A stretch of 64,000 nt of DNA from Eledone cirrhosa (Eukaryota), in contig OZ024743.1 in assembly GCA_964016885.1 (NCBI GenBank), positions 133,486,001 to 133,550,000 of the forward strand, read 5' to 3'. Below the pieces are notes generated by a model. It saw only the letters and a program-made list of their open reading frames with translations, was not told where the DNA came from and did not search any database. Both the position numbers and the translations under genes were made by a program. Position 1 is the first letter of the stretch, and each line of letters begins with the position of its first letter. Of this stretch, positions 47,051 to 60,100 are shown piece after piece.

Positions 47051-50000
47051 TGCTTGGTGTTTGGTGCTTGGTGCTTGGTGTTTGGTGCTTGGTGCTTTGT
47101 GTTTGGTGCTTGGTGTTTGGTGCTTGCTGCTTGGTGCTTGGTGTTTGGTGCTTGGTGCTTGGTGATTAGTGTTTGGTGATTGTGCTTGGGGTTTGGTGTT
47201 TGGGGCTTGGTGTTTGGTGCTTAGTGCTTGCTGTTTGGTGTTTGGTGTTTGGTTCTTGGTGCTTGGTGTTTGGTGTTTGGTGTTTGGTGCTTGGTGCTTG
47301 GTGCTTGGTGTTTGGTGCTTGGTGCTTGGTGGCTGGTGTTTGGTGCTTGGTGTTTGGAGTTTGGTGCTTGGTGCTTGGTGCCTGGTGTTTCGTGCTTGGT
47401 GCTTGGTGCTTGGTGCTTGGTGTTTGGTGTTTGGTGTTTGGTGTTTGGTGTTTGCTGTTTGGTGTCTGCTTTTTGGTGTTTGGTGTTTGCTGTATGGTGT
47501 TTGCTGTTTCGTATTTGGTTTTTGCTGTTTGGTGTTTGGTGTTTGCTGTTTGGTGTTTGGTGTTTGGTGCTTGGTGCTTGGTGCTTGGCTTTGGTGCTTG
47601 GTGCTTGGTGTTTGGTGCTTGGTGCTTGGTGTTTGGTGTTTGGTGCTTGGTGCCTGGTGCTTGTTGTATGGGGTTTGGTGCTTGGTGCTTGGTGTTTGGT
47701 GTTTGGTGCTTGGTGCTTGGTGCTTGGTGTTTGGTGTTTGGTGCTTGGTGCTTGGTGTTTGGTGTTTGGTGCTGGGTGCATGGAGTTTGGTGCTTGGTGC
47801 TTAGTGCTTGGTGTTTGGTGCTGCGTGCTTGGTGTTTGGTGTTTGGTGTTTGGTGCCTGGTGCTTGTTGTTTGGTGTTTGGTGCTTAGTGCTTGGTGTTT
47901 GGTGTTTGGTGCTTGGTGCTTGGTGGCTGGTGCTTGGTGCTTGGTGTTTGGAGTTTGGTGCTTGGTGCTTGGTGCCTGGTGTTTGGTGCTTGGTGCTTGG
48001 TGCTTGGTGTTTGGTGTTTGGTGCTTGGTGTTTGGTGTTTGGTGCTTGGTGCTTGGTGTTTGGTGTTTGGTGCTTGGTGTTTGGTGCTTGGTGCTTGGTG
48101 CTTGGTGTTTGGTGCTTGGTGTTTGGTGCTTGGTGCCTGGTGCTTGATGTTTGGTGTTTGATGCTTGGTGTTTGGTGTTTGGTGTTTGGTACTTGGTGTT
48201 CGGTGCTTGGTGCTTGGTGCTTGGTGCTTGGTGTTTGGTGTTTGGTGCTTGGTGCTTGGTGTTTGATGTTTGGTCCTTGGTGCTCGGTGTTTGGTGTTGT
48301 GTGCTTGGTGCATGGTGCTTGATGTTTGGTGCTTGGTGCTTGGTGCTTGGTGTTTGGCGTTTGCTGTTTGCTGTTTGGTGTTTGGTGTTTGCTGTTTGGT
48401 GTTTGCTGTTTGGTGTTTGGTGTTTGGTGCTTGCTGTTTGGTGCTTGGTGCTTGGTGTTTGGTGTTAGGTGCTTGGTGTTTGGTGCTTGGTGCTTGGTGC
48501 TGAGTGTTTGGTGCTTGGTGCTTGGTGTTTGGTTCTTGGTGATTGGTGCTTGGTGATTGGTCCTTGGTGCTTGGTGCTTGGTCTTTGGTGCTTGGGTTTT
48601 GGTGTTTGGTGCTTGGTGCTTGGTGTTTGGTGCTTGGTGCTTGGTGCTTGGTGCTTGGTGTTTGGTGCTTGCTGCTTGGTGCTTGGTGTTTGGTGCTTGG
48701 TGCTTGGTGATTAGTGTTTGGTGATTGTGCTTGGGGTTTGGTGTTTGGGGCTTGGTGTTTGGTGCTTAGTGCTTGCTGTTTGGTGTTTGGTGTTTGGTTC
48801 TTGGTGCTTGGTGTTTGGTGTTTGGTGTTTGGTGCTTGGTGCTTGGTGCTTGGTGTTTGGTGCTTGGTGCTTGGTGTTTGGTGCTTGGTGCCTGGTGCTT
48901 GTTGTTTGGTGTTTGGTGCTTAGTGCTTGGTGTTTGGTGTTTGGTGCTTGGTGCTTGGTGGCTGGTGTTTGGTGCTTGGTGTTTGGAGTTTGGTGCTTGG
49001 TGCTTGGTGCCTGGTGTTTCGTGCTTGGTGCTTGGTGCTTGGTGCTTGGTGTTTGGTGTTTGGTGTTTGGTGTTTGGTGTTTGCTGTTTGGTGTCTGCTT
49101 TTTGGTGTTTGGTGTTTGCTGTATGGTGTTTGCTGTTTCGTATTTGGTTTTTGCTGTTTGGTGTTTGGTGTTTGCTGTTTGGTGTTTGGTGTTTGGTGCT
49201 TGGTGCCTGGTGCTTGTTGTATGGTGTTTGGTGCTTGGTGCTTGGTGTTTGGTGTTTGCTGCTTGGTGTCTGGTGTTTGGTGCTTGGTGTTTGGTGTTTG
49301 GTGCTTGGTGCTTGGTGCTTGGTGTTTGGTGTTTGGTGCTTGGTGCTTGGTGTTTGGTGTTTGGTGCTGGGTGCATGGAGTTTGGTGCTTGGTGCTTAGT
49401 GCTTGGTGTTTGGTGTTTGGTGCTTGGTATTTGGTGTTTGGTGTTTGATGCTTGGTGCGTGGTGCTTGGTGCTTGGTGTTTTGTGTTTGGTGCTTGGTGC
49501 TTGGTGCCTGGTGCTTGGTGCTTGGTGATTAGTGTTTGGTGCTTGGTGCTTGGTGTTTGGTGCTTGGTGTTTGGTGCTTGGTGCCTGGTGCTTGGTGTTT
49601 GGTGTTTGATGCTTGGTGTTTGATGTTTGGTGTTTGGTACTTGGTGTTCGGTGCTTGGTGCTTGGTGCTTGGTGCTTGGTGTTTGGTGTTTGGTGCTTGG
49701 TGCTTGGTGTTTGATGTTTGGTCCTTGGTGCTTGGTGTTTGGTGTTGTGTGCTTGGTGCTTGGTGCTTGGTGTTTGGTGCTTGGTGCTTGGTGCTTGGTG
49801 TTTGGCGTTTGCTGTTTGCTGTTTGGTGTTTGGTGTTTGCTGTTTGGTGTTTGCTGTTTGGTGCTTGGTGCTTGGTGTTTGGTGTTTGGTGCTTGGTGTT
49901 TGGTGCTTGGTGCTTGGTGCTGGGTGTTTGGTGCTTGGTGCTTGGTGTTTGGTGCTTGGTGATTGGTGCTTGGTGTTTGGTCCTTGGTGCTTGGTGCTTG

Positions 50001-53000
50001 GTCTTTGGTGCTTGGGTTTTGGTGTTTGGTGCTTGGTGCTTGGTGTTTGGTGCTTGGAGTTTGGTGCTTGGTGCTTGGTTATTAGTGTTTGGTGATTGGT
50101 GCTTGGGGTTTGGTGTTTGGGGCTTGGTGTTTGGTGCTTAGTGCTTGCTGTTTGGTGTTTGGTGTTTGGTTCTTGGTGCTTGGTGTTTGGTGTTTGGTGT
50201 TTGGTGCTTGGTGCTTGGTGCTTGGTGTTTGGTGCTTGGTGCTTGGTGCATGGTGTTTGGTGCTGCGTGTTTGGTGTTTGGTGTCTGGTGCTTGGTGCCT
50301 GGTGCTTGTTGTTTGGTGTTTGGTGCTTAGTGCTTGGTGTTTGGGGTTTGGTGCTTGGTGCTTGGTGGCTGGTGTTTGGTGCTTGGTGTTTGGAGTTTGG
50401 TGCTTGGTGCTTGGTGCCTGGTGTTTCGTGCTTGGTGCTTGGTGCTTGGTGTTTGATGTTTGGTGCTTGGTGTTTGGTGTTTGGTACTTGGTGCTTGGTG
50501 CTTGGTGCTTGGTGTTTGGTGCTTGGTGTTTGATGCTGCGTGCTTGGTGTTTGGTGTTTGGTGCTTGGTGCTTGGTGTTTGGTGTTTGGAGCTTGGTGCC
50601 TGGTGCTTGTTGTTTGGTGTTTGGCGCTTGGTGCTTGGTGTTTGGTGTTTGGTGTTTGATGCTTGGTGTTTGCTGCTTGGTGCTTGGTGCTTGGTGTTTT
50701 GTGTTTGGTGCTTGGTGCTTGGTGCCTGGTGCTTGGTGCTTGGTGCTTGTTGTTTGGTTCTTGGTGCTTGGTGATTAGTGTTTGGTGCTTGGTGCTTGCT
50801 GATTGGTGTTTGGTGTTCGGTTCTTGGTGCTTGGTGTATGGTGTTTAGTGTCTGGTGCTTGGTGCTTGGTGCTTGGTGTTTGGTGCTTGGTGCTTGGTGC
50901 TTGGTGTTTGGTGCTGCGTGCTTGGTGTTTGGTGTTTGGTGTTTGGTGCCTGGTGCTTGTTGTTTGGTGTTTGGTGCTTAGTGCTTGGTGTTTGGTGTTT
51001 GGTGCTTGGTGCTTGGTGGCTGGTGCTTGGTGCTTGGTGTTTGGAGTTTGGTGCTTGGTGCTTGGTGCCTGGTGTTTCGTGCTTGGTGCTTGGTGCTTGG
51101 TGTTTGGTGTTTGGTGCTTGGTGTTTGGTGCTTGGTGTTTGGAGTTTGGTGCTTGGTGCTTGGTGCCTGGTGTTTCGTGCTTGGTGCTTGGTGCTTGGTG
51201 CTTGGTGTTTGGTGTTTGGTGTTTGGTGTTTGGTGTTTGCTGTTTGGTGTCTGCTTTTTGGTGTTTGGTGTTTGCTGTATGGTGTTTGCTGTTTCGTATT
51301 TGGTTTTTGCTGTTTGGTGTTTGGTGTTTGGTGTTTGCTGTTTGGTGTTTGGTGTTTGGTGCTTGGTGCCTGGTGCTTGTTGTATGGTGTTTGGTGCTTG
51401 GTGCTTGGTGTTTGGTGTTTGCTGCTTGGTGTCTGGTGTTTGGTGCTTGGTGTTTGGTGTTTGGTGCTTGGTGCTTGGTGCTTGGTGTTTGGTGTTTGGT
51501 GCTTGGTGCTTGGTGTTTGGTGTTTGGTGCTGGGTGCATGGAGTTTGGTGCTTGGTGCTTAGTGCTTGGTGTTTGGTGTTTGGTGCTTGGTATTTGGTGT
51601 TTGGTGTTTGATGCTTGGTGCGTGGTGCTTGGTGCTTGGTGTTTTGTGTTTGGTGCTTGGTGCTTGGTGCCTGGTGCTTGGTGCTTGGTGATTAGTGTTT
51701 GGTGCTTGGTGCTTGGTGTTTGGTGCTTGGTGTTTGGTGCTTGGTGCCTGGGGCTTGGTGTTTGGTGTTTGATGCTTGGTGTTTGGTGTTTGGTGTTTGG
51801 TACTTGGTGTTCGGTGCTTGGTGCTTGGTGCTTGGTGCTTGGTGTTTGGTGTTTGGTGCTTGGTGCTTGGTGTTTGATGTTTGGTCCTTGGTGCTTGGTG
51901 TTTGGTGTTGTGTGCTTGGTGCTTGGTGCTTGGTGTTTGGTGCTTGGTGCTTGGTGTTTGGTGCTTGGTGCTTGGTGTTTGATGTTTGGTCCTTGGTGCT
52001 TGGTGTTTGGTGTTGTGTGCTTGGTGCATGGTGCTTGATGTTTGGTGCTTGGTGCTTGGTGCTTGGTGTTTGGCGTTTGCTGTTTGCTGTTTGGTGTTTG
52101 GTGTTTGCTGTTTGGTGTTTGCTGTTTGGTGTTTGGTGTTTGGTGCTTGCTGTTTGGTGCTTGATGCTTGGTGTTTGGTGTTAGGTGCTTGGTGTTTGGT
52201 GCTTGGTGCTTGGTGCTGAGTGTTTGGTGCTTGGTGCTTGGTGTTTGGTGCTTGGTGATTGGTGCTTGGTGTTTGGTCCTTGGTGCTTGGTGCTTGGTCT
52301 TTGGTGCTTGGGTTTTGGTGTTTGGTGCTTGGTGCTTGGTGTTTGGTGCTTGGTGCTTGGTGTTTGGTGCTTGGTGCTTGGTGTTTGGTGCTTGGTGCTT
52401 TGTGTTTGGTGCTTGGTGTTTGGTGCTTGCTGCTTGGTGCTTGGTGTTTGGTGCTTGGTGCTTGGTGATTAGTGTTTGGTGATTGTGCTTGGGGTTTGGT
52501 GTTTGGGGCTTGGTGTTTGGTGCTTAGTGCTTGCTGTTTGGTGTTTGGTGTTTGGTTCTTGGTGCTTGGTGTTTGGTGTTTGGTGTTTGGTGCTTGGTGC
52601 TTGGTGCTTGGTGTTTGGTGCTTGGTGCTTGGTGTTTGGTGCTTGGTGCCTGGTGCTTGTTGTTTGGTGTTTGGTGCTTAGTGCTTGGTGTTTGGTGTTT
52701 GGTTCTTGGTGCTTGGTGGCTGGTGTTTGGTGCTTGGTGTTTGGAGTTTGGTGCTTGGTGCTTGGTGCCTGGTGTTTCGTGCTTGGTGCTTGGTGCTTGG
52801 TGCTTGGTGTTTGGTGTTTGGTGTTTGGTGTTTGGTGTTTGCTGTTTGGTGTTTGCTGTTTCGTATTTGGTTTTTGCTGTTTGGTGTTTGGTGTTTGCTG
52901 TTTGGTGTTTGGTGTTTGGTGCTTGGTGCTTGGTGCTCGGCTTTGGTGCTTGGTGCTTGGTGTTTGGTGCTTGGTGCTTGGTGTTTGGTGTTTGGTGCTT

Positions 53001-56000
53001 GGTGCCTGGTGCTTGTTGTATGGGGTTTGGTGCTTGGTGCTTGGTGTTTGGTGTTTGGTGCTTGGTGCTTGGTGCTTGGTGTTTGGTGTTTGGTGCTTGG
53101 TGCTTGGTGTTTGGTGTTTGGTGCTGGGTGCATGGAGTTTGGTGCTTGGTGCTTAGTGCTTGGTGTTTGGTGCTGCGTGCTTGGTGTTTGGTGTTTGGTG
53201 TTTGGTGCCTGGTGCTTGTTGTTTGGTGTTTGGTGCTTAGTGCTTGGTGTTTGGTGTTTGGTGCTTGGTGCTTGGTGGCTGGTGCTTGGTGCTTGGTGTT
53301 TGGAGTTTGGTGCTTGGTGCTTGGTGCCTGGTGTTTCGTGCTTGGTGCTTGGTGCTTGGTGTTTGGTGTTTGGTGCTTGGTGTTTGGTGTTTGGTGCTTG
53401 GTGCTTGGTGTTTGGTGTTTGGTGCTTGGTGTTTGGTGCTTGGTGCTTGGTGCTGGGTGTTTGGTGCTTGGTGCTTGGTGTTTGGTGCTTGGTGCTTGGT
53501 GCTTTGTTTTTGGTCCTTGGTGCTTGGTGCTTGGTCTTTGGTGCTTGGGTTTTGGTGTTTGGTGCTTGGTGCTTGGTGTTTGGTGCTTGGTGCTTGGTGC
53601 TTGGTGCCTGGTGCTTGGTGTTTGGTGCTTGGTGCTTGGTGTTTGGTGTTTGGTGCTGGGTGCATGGAGTTTGGTGCTTGGTGCTTGTGCTTGGTGTTTG
53701 GTGTTTGGTGCTTGGTATTTGGTGTTTGGTGTTTGATGCTTGGTGTGTGGTGCTTGGTGCTTGGTGTTTTGTGTTTGGTGCTTGGTGCTTGGTGCCTGGT
53801 GCTTGGTGCTTGGTGCTTGTTGTTTGGTGCTTGGTGCTTGGTGATTAGTGTTTGGTGCTTGGTGCTTGGTGTTTGGTGCTTGGTGTTTGGTGCTTGGTGC
53901 CTGGTGCTTGATGTTTGGTGTTTGATGCTTGGTGTTTGGTGTTTGGTGTTTGGTACTTGGTGTTCGGTGCTTGGTGCTTGGTGCTTGGTGCTTGGTGTTT
54001 GGTGTTTGGTGCTTGGTGCTTGGTGTTTGATGTTTGGTCCTTGGTGCTTGGTGTTTGGTGTTGTGTGCTTGGTGCATGGTGCTTGATGTTTGGTGCTTGG
54101 TGCTTGGTGCTTGGTGTTTGGCGTTTGCTGTTTGCTGTTTGGTGTTTGGTGTTTGCTGTTTGGTGTTTGCTGTTTGGTGTTTGGTGTTTGGTGCTTGCTG
54201 TTTGGTGCTTGGTGTTTGGTGTTTGGTGTTAGGTGCTTGGTGTTTGGTGCTTGGTGCTTGGTGCTGAGTGTTTGGTGCTTGGTGCTTGGTGTTTGGTGCT
54301 TGGTGATTGGTGCTTGGTGATTGGTCCTTGGTGCTTGGTGCTTGGTCTTTGGTGCTTGGGTTTTGGTGTTTGGTGCTTGGTGCTTGGTGTTTGGTGCTTG
54401 GTGCTTGGTGCTTGGTGCTTGGTGTTTGGTGCTTGCTGCTTGGTGCTTGGTGTTTGGTGCTTGGTGCTTGGTGATTAGTGTTTGGTGATTGTGCTTGGGG
54501 TTTGGTGTTTGGGGCTTGGTGTTTGGTGCTTAGTGCTTGCTGTTTGGTGTTTGGTGTTTGGTTCTTGGTGCTTGGTGTTTGGTGTTTGGTGTTTGGTGCT
54601 TGGTGCTTGGTGCTTGGTGTTTGGTGCTTGGTGCTTGGTGCTTGGTGTTTGGTGCTTGGTGCCTGGTGCTTGTTGTTTGGTGTTTGGTGCTTAGTGCTTG
54701 GTGTTTGGTGTTTGGTGCTTGGTGCTTGGTGGCTGGTGTTTGGTGCTTGGTGTTTGGAGTTTGGTGCTTGGTGCTTGGTGCCTGGTGTTTCGTGCTTGGT
54801 GCTTGGTGCTTGGTGCTTGGTGTTTGGTGTTTGGTGTTTGGTGTTTGGTGTTTGCTGTTTGGTGTCTGCTTTTTGGTGTTTGGTGTTTGCTGTATGGTGT
54901 TTGCTGTTTCGTATTTGGTTTTTGCTGTTTGGTGTTTGGTGTTTGCTGTTTGGTGTTTGGTGTTTGGTGCTTGGTGCCTGGTGCTTGTTGTATGGTGTTT
55001 GGTGCTTGGTGCTTGGTGTTTGGTGTTTGCTGCTTGGTGTCTGGTGTTTGGTGCTTGGTGTTTGGTGTTTGGTGCTTGGTGCTTGGTGCTTGGTGTTTGG
55101 TGTTTGGTGCTTGGTGCTTGGTGTTTGGTGTTTGGTGCCGGGTGCATGGAGTTTGGTGCTTGGTGCTTAGTGCTTGGTGTTTGGTGTTTGGTGCTTGGTA
55201 TTTGGTGTTTGGTGTTTGATGCTTGGTGCGTGGTGCTTGGTGCTTGGTGTTTTGTGTTTGGTGCTTGGTGCTTGGTGCCTGGTGCTTGGTGCTTGGTGAT
55301 TAGTGTTTGGTGCTTGGTGCTTGGTGTTTGGTGCTTGGTGTTTGGTGCTTGGTGCCTGGTGCTTGGTGTTTGGTGTTTGATGCTTGGTGTTTGGTGTTTG
55401 GTGTTTGGTACTTGGTGTTCGGTGCTTGGTGCTTGGTGCTTGGTGCTTGGTGTTTGGTGTTTGGTGCTTGGTGCTTGGTGTTTGATGTTTGGTCCTTGGT
55501 GCTTGGTGTTTGGTTTTGTGTGCTTGGTGCTTGGTGCTTGGTGTTTGGTGCTTGGTGCTTGGTGCTTGGTGTTTGGCGTTTGCTGTTTGCTGTTTGGTGT
55601 TTGGTGTTTGCTGTTTGGTGTTTGCTGTTTGGTGCTTGGTGCCTGGTGTTTGGTGTTTGGTGCTTGGTGTTTGGTGCGTGGTGCTTGGTGCTTGGTCCTT
55701 GGTGCTTGGTGCTTGGTCTTTGGTGCTTGGGTTTTGGTGTTTGGTGCTTGGTGCTTGGTGTTTGGTGCTTGGTGTTTGGTGCTTGGTGCTTGGTTATTAG
55801 TGTTTGGTGATTGGTGCTTGGGGTTTGGTGTTTGGGGCTTGGTGTTTGGTGCTTAGTGCTTGCTGTTTGGTGTTTGGTGTTTGGTTCTTGGTGCTTGGTG
55901 TTTGGTGTTTGGTGTTTGGTGCTTGGTGCTTGGTGCTTGGTGTTTGGTGCTTGGTGCTTGGTGCATGGTGTTTGGTGCTGCGTGTTTGGTGTTTGGTGTT

Positions 56001-56930
56001 TGGTGCTTGGTGCCTGGTGCTTGTTGTTTGGTGTTTGGTGCTTAGTGCTTGGTGTTTGGGGTTTGGTGCTTGGTGCTTGGTGGCTGGTGTTTGGTGCTTG
56101 GTGTTTGGAGTTTGGTGCTTGGTGCTTGGTGCCTGGTGTTTCGTGCTTGGTGCTTGGTGCTTGGTGTTTGATGTTTGGTGCTTGGTGTTTGGTGTTTGGT
56201 ACTTGGTGCTTGGTGCTTGGTGCTTGGTGTTTGGTGCTTGGTGTTTGATGCTGCGTGCTTGGTGTTTGGTGTTTGGTGCTTGGTGCTTGGTGTTTGGTGT
56301 TTGGAGCTTGGTGCCTGGTGCTTGTTGTTTGGTGTTTGGCGCTTGGTGCTTGGTGTTTGGTGTTTGGCGCTTGGTGCTTGGTGTTTGGTGTTTGGTGCTT
56401 GGTGCTTGGTGCTTGGTATCTGGTGTTTGGTGCTTGATGTTTGGTGTTTGGTGCTTGGTGTTTGGTGTTTGGTGCTTGGTGTTTGCTGCTTGGTGCTTGG
56501 TGCTTGGTGTTTTGTGTTTGGTGCTTGGTGCTTGGTGCCTGGTGCTTGGTGCTTGGTGCTTGTTGTTTGGTTCTTGGTGCTTGGTGATTAGTGTTTGGTG
56601 CTTGGTGCTTGCTGATTGGTGTTTGGTGTTCGGGTCTTGGTGCTTGGTGTATGGCGTTTAGTGTCTGGTGCTTGGTGCTTGGTGCTTGGTGTTTGGTGCT
56701 TGGTGCTTGGTGCTTGGTGTTTGGTGCTGCGTGCTTGGTGTTTGGTGTTTGGTGTTTGGTGCCTAGTGCTTGTTGTTTGGTGTTTGGTGCTTAGTGCTTG
56801 GTGTTTGGTGTTTGGTGCTTGGTGCTTGGTGGCTGGTGCTTGGTGCTTGGTGTTTGGAGTTTGGTGCTTGGTGCTTGGTGCCTGGTGTTTCGTGCTTGGT
56901 GCTTGGTGCTTGGTGTTTGGTGTTTGGTGC
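45920..56930 (+). repeat. Tandem duplication of about 5.3-5.8 kb with internal block indels (about 45920-51120 and 51120-56930)
   Basis: ORF pairs 46683/51986 and 47169/52472 (+5303); 47885/53237 (+5352); 48151/53915 and 48714/54478 (+5764); 48927/54698 (+5771); 50089/55804 (+5715); 50778/56591 (+5813). Confidence 0.82.
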
Positions 56931-57169
56931 TTGGTGTTTGGTGTTTGGTGCTTGGTGCTTGGTGTTTGGTGTTTGGTGCTTGGTGTTTGGTGCTTGGTGC
57001 TTGGTGCTGGGTGTTTGGTGCTTGGTGCTTGGTGTTTGGTGCTAGGTGCTTGGTGCTTGGTTTTTGGTCCTTGGTGCTTGGTGCTTGGTCTTTGGTGCTT
57101 GGGTTTTGGTGTTTGGTGCTTGGTGCTTGGTGTTTGGTGCTTGGTGCTTGGTGCTTGGTGCTTGGTGTT

Positions 57170-60100
57170 TGGTGCTTGGTGCTTGGTGTTTGGTGTTTGG
57201 TGCTGGGTGCATGGAGTTTGGTGCTTGGTGCTTGTGCTTGGTGTTTGGTGTTTGGTGCTTGGTATTTGGTGTTTGGTGTTTGATGCTTGGTTTGTGGTGC
57301 TTGGTGCTTGGTGTTTTGTGTTTGGTGCTTGGTGCTTGGTGTTTGATGTTTGGTCCTTGGTGCTTGGTGTTTGGTGCTTGGTGCTTGGTGCCTGGTGCTT
57401 GGTGCTTGGTGCTTGTTGTTTGGTGCTTGGTGCTTGGTGATTAGTGTTTGGTGCTTGGTGCTTGGTGTTTGGTGCTTGGTGTTTGGTGCTTGGTGCCTGG
57501 TGCTTGGTGTTTGGTGTTTGATGCTTGGTGTTTGGTGTTTGGTGTTTGGTACTTGGTGTTCGGTGCTTGGTGCTTGGTGCTTGGTGCTTGGTGTATGGTG
57601 TTTGGTGCTTGGTGCTTGGTGTTTGATGTTTGGTCCTTGGTGCTTGGTGTTTGGTGTTGTGTGCTTGGTGCTTGGTGCTTGATGTTTGGTGCTTGGTGCT
57701 TGGTGCTTGGTGTTTGGCGTTTGCTGTTTGCTGTTTGGTGTTTGGTGTTTGCTGTTTGGTGTTTGCTGTTTGGTGTTTGGTGTTTGGTGCTTGCTGTTTG
57801 GTGCTTGGTGCTTGGTGTTTGGTGTTAGGTGCTTGGTGTTTGGTGCTTGGTGCTTGGTGCTGAGTGTTTGGTGCTTGGTGCTTGGTGTTTGGTGTTTGGT
57901 GATTGGTGCTTGGTGTTTGGTCCTTGGTGCTTGGTGCTTGGTCTTTGGTGCTTGGGTTTTGGTGTTTGGTGCTTGGTGCTTGGTGTTTGGTGCTTGGTGC
58001 TTGGTGCTTGGTGCTTGGTGTTTGGTGCTTGCTGCTTGGTGCTTGGTGTTTGGTGCTTGGTGCTTGGTGATTAGTGTTTGGTGATTGGTGCTTGGGGTTT
58101 GGTGTTTGGGGCTTGGTGTTTGGTGCTTAGTGCTTGCTGTTTGGTGTTTGGTGTTTGGTTCTTGGTGCTTGGTGTTTGGTGTTTGGTGTTTGGTGCTTGG
58201 TGCTTGGTGCTTGGTGTTTGGTGCTTGGTGCTTGGTGTTTGGTGCTTGGTGCCTGGTGCTTGTTGTTTGGTGTTTGGTGCTTAGTGCTTGGTGTTTGGTG
58301 TTTGGTGCTTGGTGTTTGGTGGCTGGTGTTTGGTGCTTGGTGTTTGGAGTTTGGTGCTTGGTGCTTGGTGCCTGGTGTTTCGTGCTTGGTGCTTGGTGCT
58401 TGGTGTTTGGTGTTTGGTGCTTGGTGTTTGGTGTTTGGTACTTGGTGCTTGGTGCTTGGTGCTTGGTGTTTGGTGCTTGGTGTTTGATGCTGCGTGCTTG
58501 GTGTTTGGTGTTTGGTGCTTGGTGCTTGGTGTTTGGTGTTTGGAGCTTGGTGCCTGGTGCTTGTTGCTTGGTGTTTGGCGCTTGGTGCTTGGTGCCTGGT
58601 GTTTCGTGCTTGGTGCTTGGTGCTTGGTGTTTGGTGTTTGGTGCTTGGTGTTTGGTGTTTGGCACTTGGTGCTTGGTGCTTGGTGCTTGGTGTTTGGTGC
58701 TTGGTGTTTGATGCTGCGTGCTTGGTGTTTGGTGTTTGGTGCTTGCTGCTTGGTGTTTGGTGTTTGGAGCTTGGTGCCTGGTGCTTGTTGCTTGGTGTTT
58801 GGCGCTTGGTGCTTGGTGTTTGGTGTTTGGTGCTTGGTGCTTGGTGCTTGGTATCTGGTGTTTGGTGCTTGATGTTTGGTGTTTGGTGCTTGGTGTTTGG
58901 TGTTTGGTGCTTGGTGCTTGGTGTTTGGTGCTTGGTGCTTGGTGTTTTGTGTTTGGTGCTTGGTGCTTGGTGCCTGGTGCTTGGTGCTTGGTGCTTGTTG
59001 TTTGGTGCTTGGTGCTTGGTGATTAGTGTTTGGTGCTTGGTGCTTGCGGTTTGGTGTTTGGTGCTTGGGGTTTGGTGCTTGGTGCTTGGTGCTTGGTGTT
59101 TGGTGCTTGGTGCTTGGTGTTTGGTGCTTGGTGCCTGGTGTTTGGTGTTTGGCGTTTGCTGTTTGCTGTTTGGTGTTTGGTGCTTGCTGTTTGGTGCTTG
59201 GTGCATGGTGTTTGGTGTTTGGTGTTTTGTGCTTGGTGCTTGGTGTTTGGTGCTTGGTGCTTGGTGCTGGGTGTTTGGTGCTTGGTGCTTGGTATTTGGT
59301 GCTTGGGTTTTGGTGTTTGGTGCTTGGTGCTTGGTGTTTGGTGCTTGGTTCTTGGTGCTTGGTGCTTGGTGTTTGGTGATTGCTGCTTGGTGCTTGGTGT
59401 TTGGTACTTGGTGCTTGGTGATTAGTGTTTGGTGATTGGTGCTTGGGGTTTGCTGTTTGGTGCTTGGTGTTTGGTGCTTGGTGCTTGTTGTTAGGTGTTT
59501 GGTGTTTGGTTCTTGGTGCTTGGTGTTTGGTGTTTGGTGTCTGGTGCTTGGTGCTTGCTGCTTGGTGTTTGGTGCTTGGTGCTTGGTGCTTGGTGTTTGG
59601 TGCTGCGTGCTTGGTGTTTGGTGTTTGGTGCTTGGTGCCTGGTGCTTGTTGTTTGGTGTTTGGTGCTTAGTGCTTGGTGTTTGGTGTTTGGTGCTTGGTG
59701 CTTGGTGCTGGGTGTTTGGTGCTTGGTGCTTGGTGTTTGGTGCTTGGTGCTTGGTGCTTGGTGCTTGGTGCTTGGTGTTTGGTGCTTGGTGCTTGGTCTT
59801 TGGTGCTTGGGTTTTGGTGTTTGTTGCTTGGTGCTTGGTGTTTGGTGCTTGGTGCTTGGTGCTTGGTGTTTGGTGCTTGCTGCTTGGTGCTTGGTGTTTG
59901 GTGCTTAGTGCTTGGTGATTAGTGTTTGGTGATTGGTACTTGGGGTTTGGTGTTTGGGGCTTGGTGTTTGGTGCTTAGTGCTTGCTGTTTGCTGTTTGGT
60001 GTTTGGTTCTTGGTGCTTGGTGTTTGGTGTTTGGTGTTTGGTGGTTGGTGCTTGGTGCTTGGTGTTTGGTGCTTGGTGCTTGGTGCTTGGTGTTTGGTGC

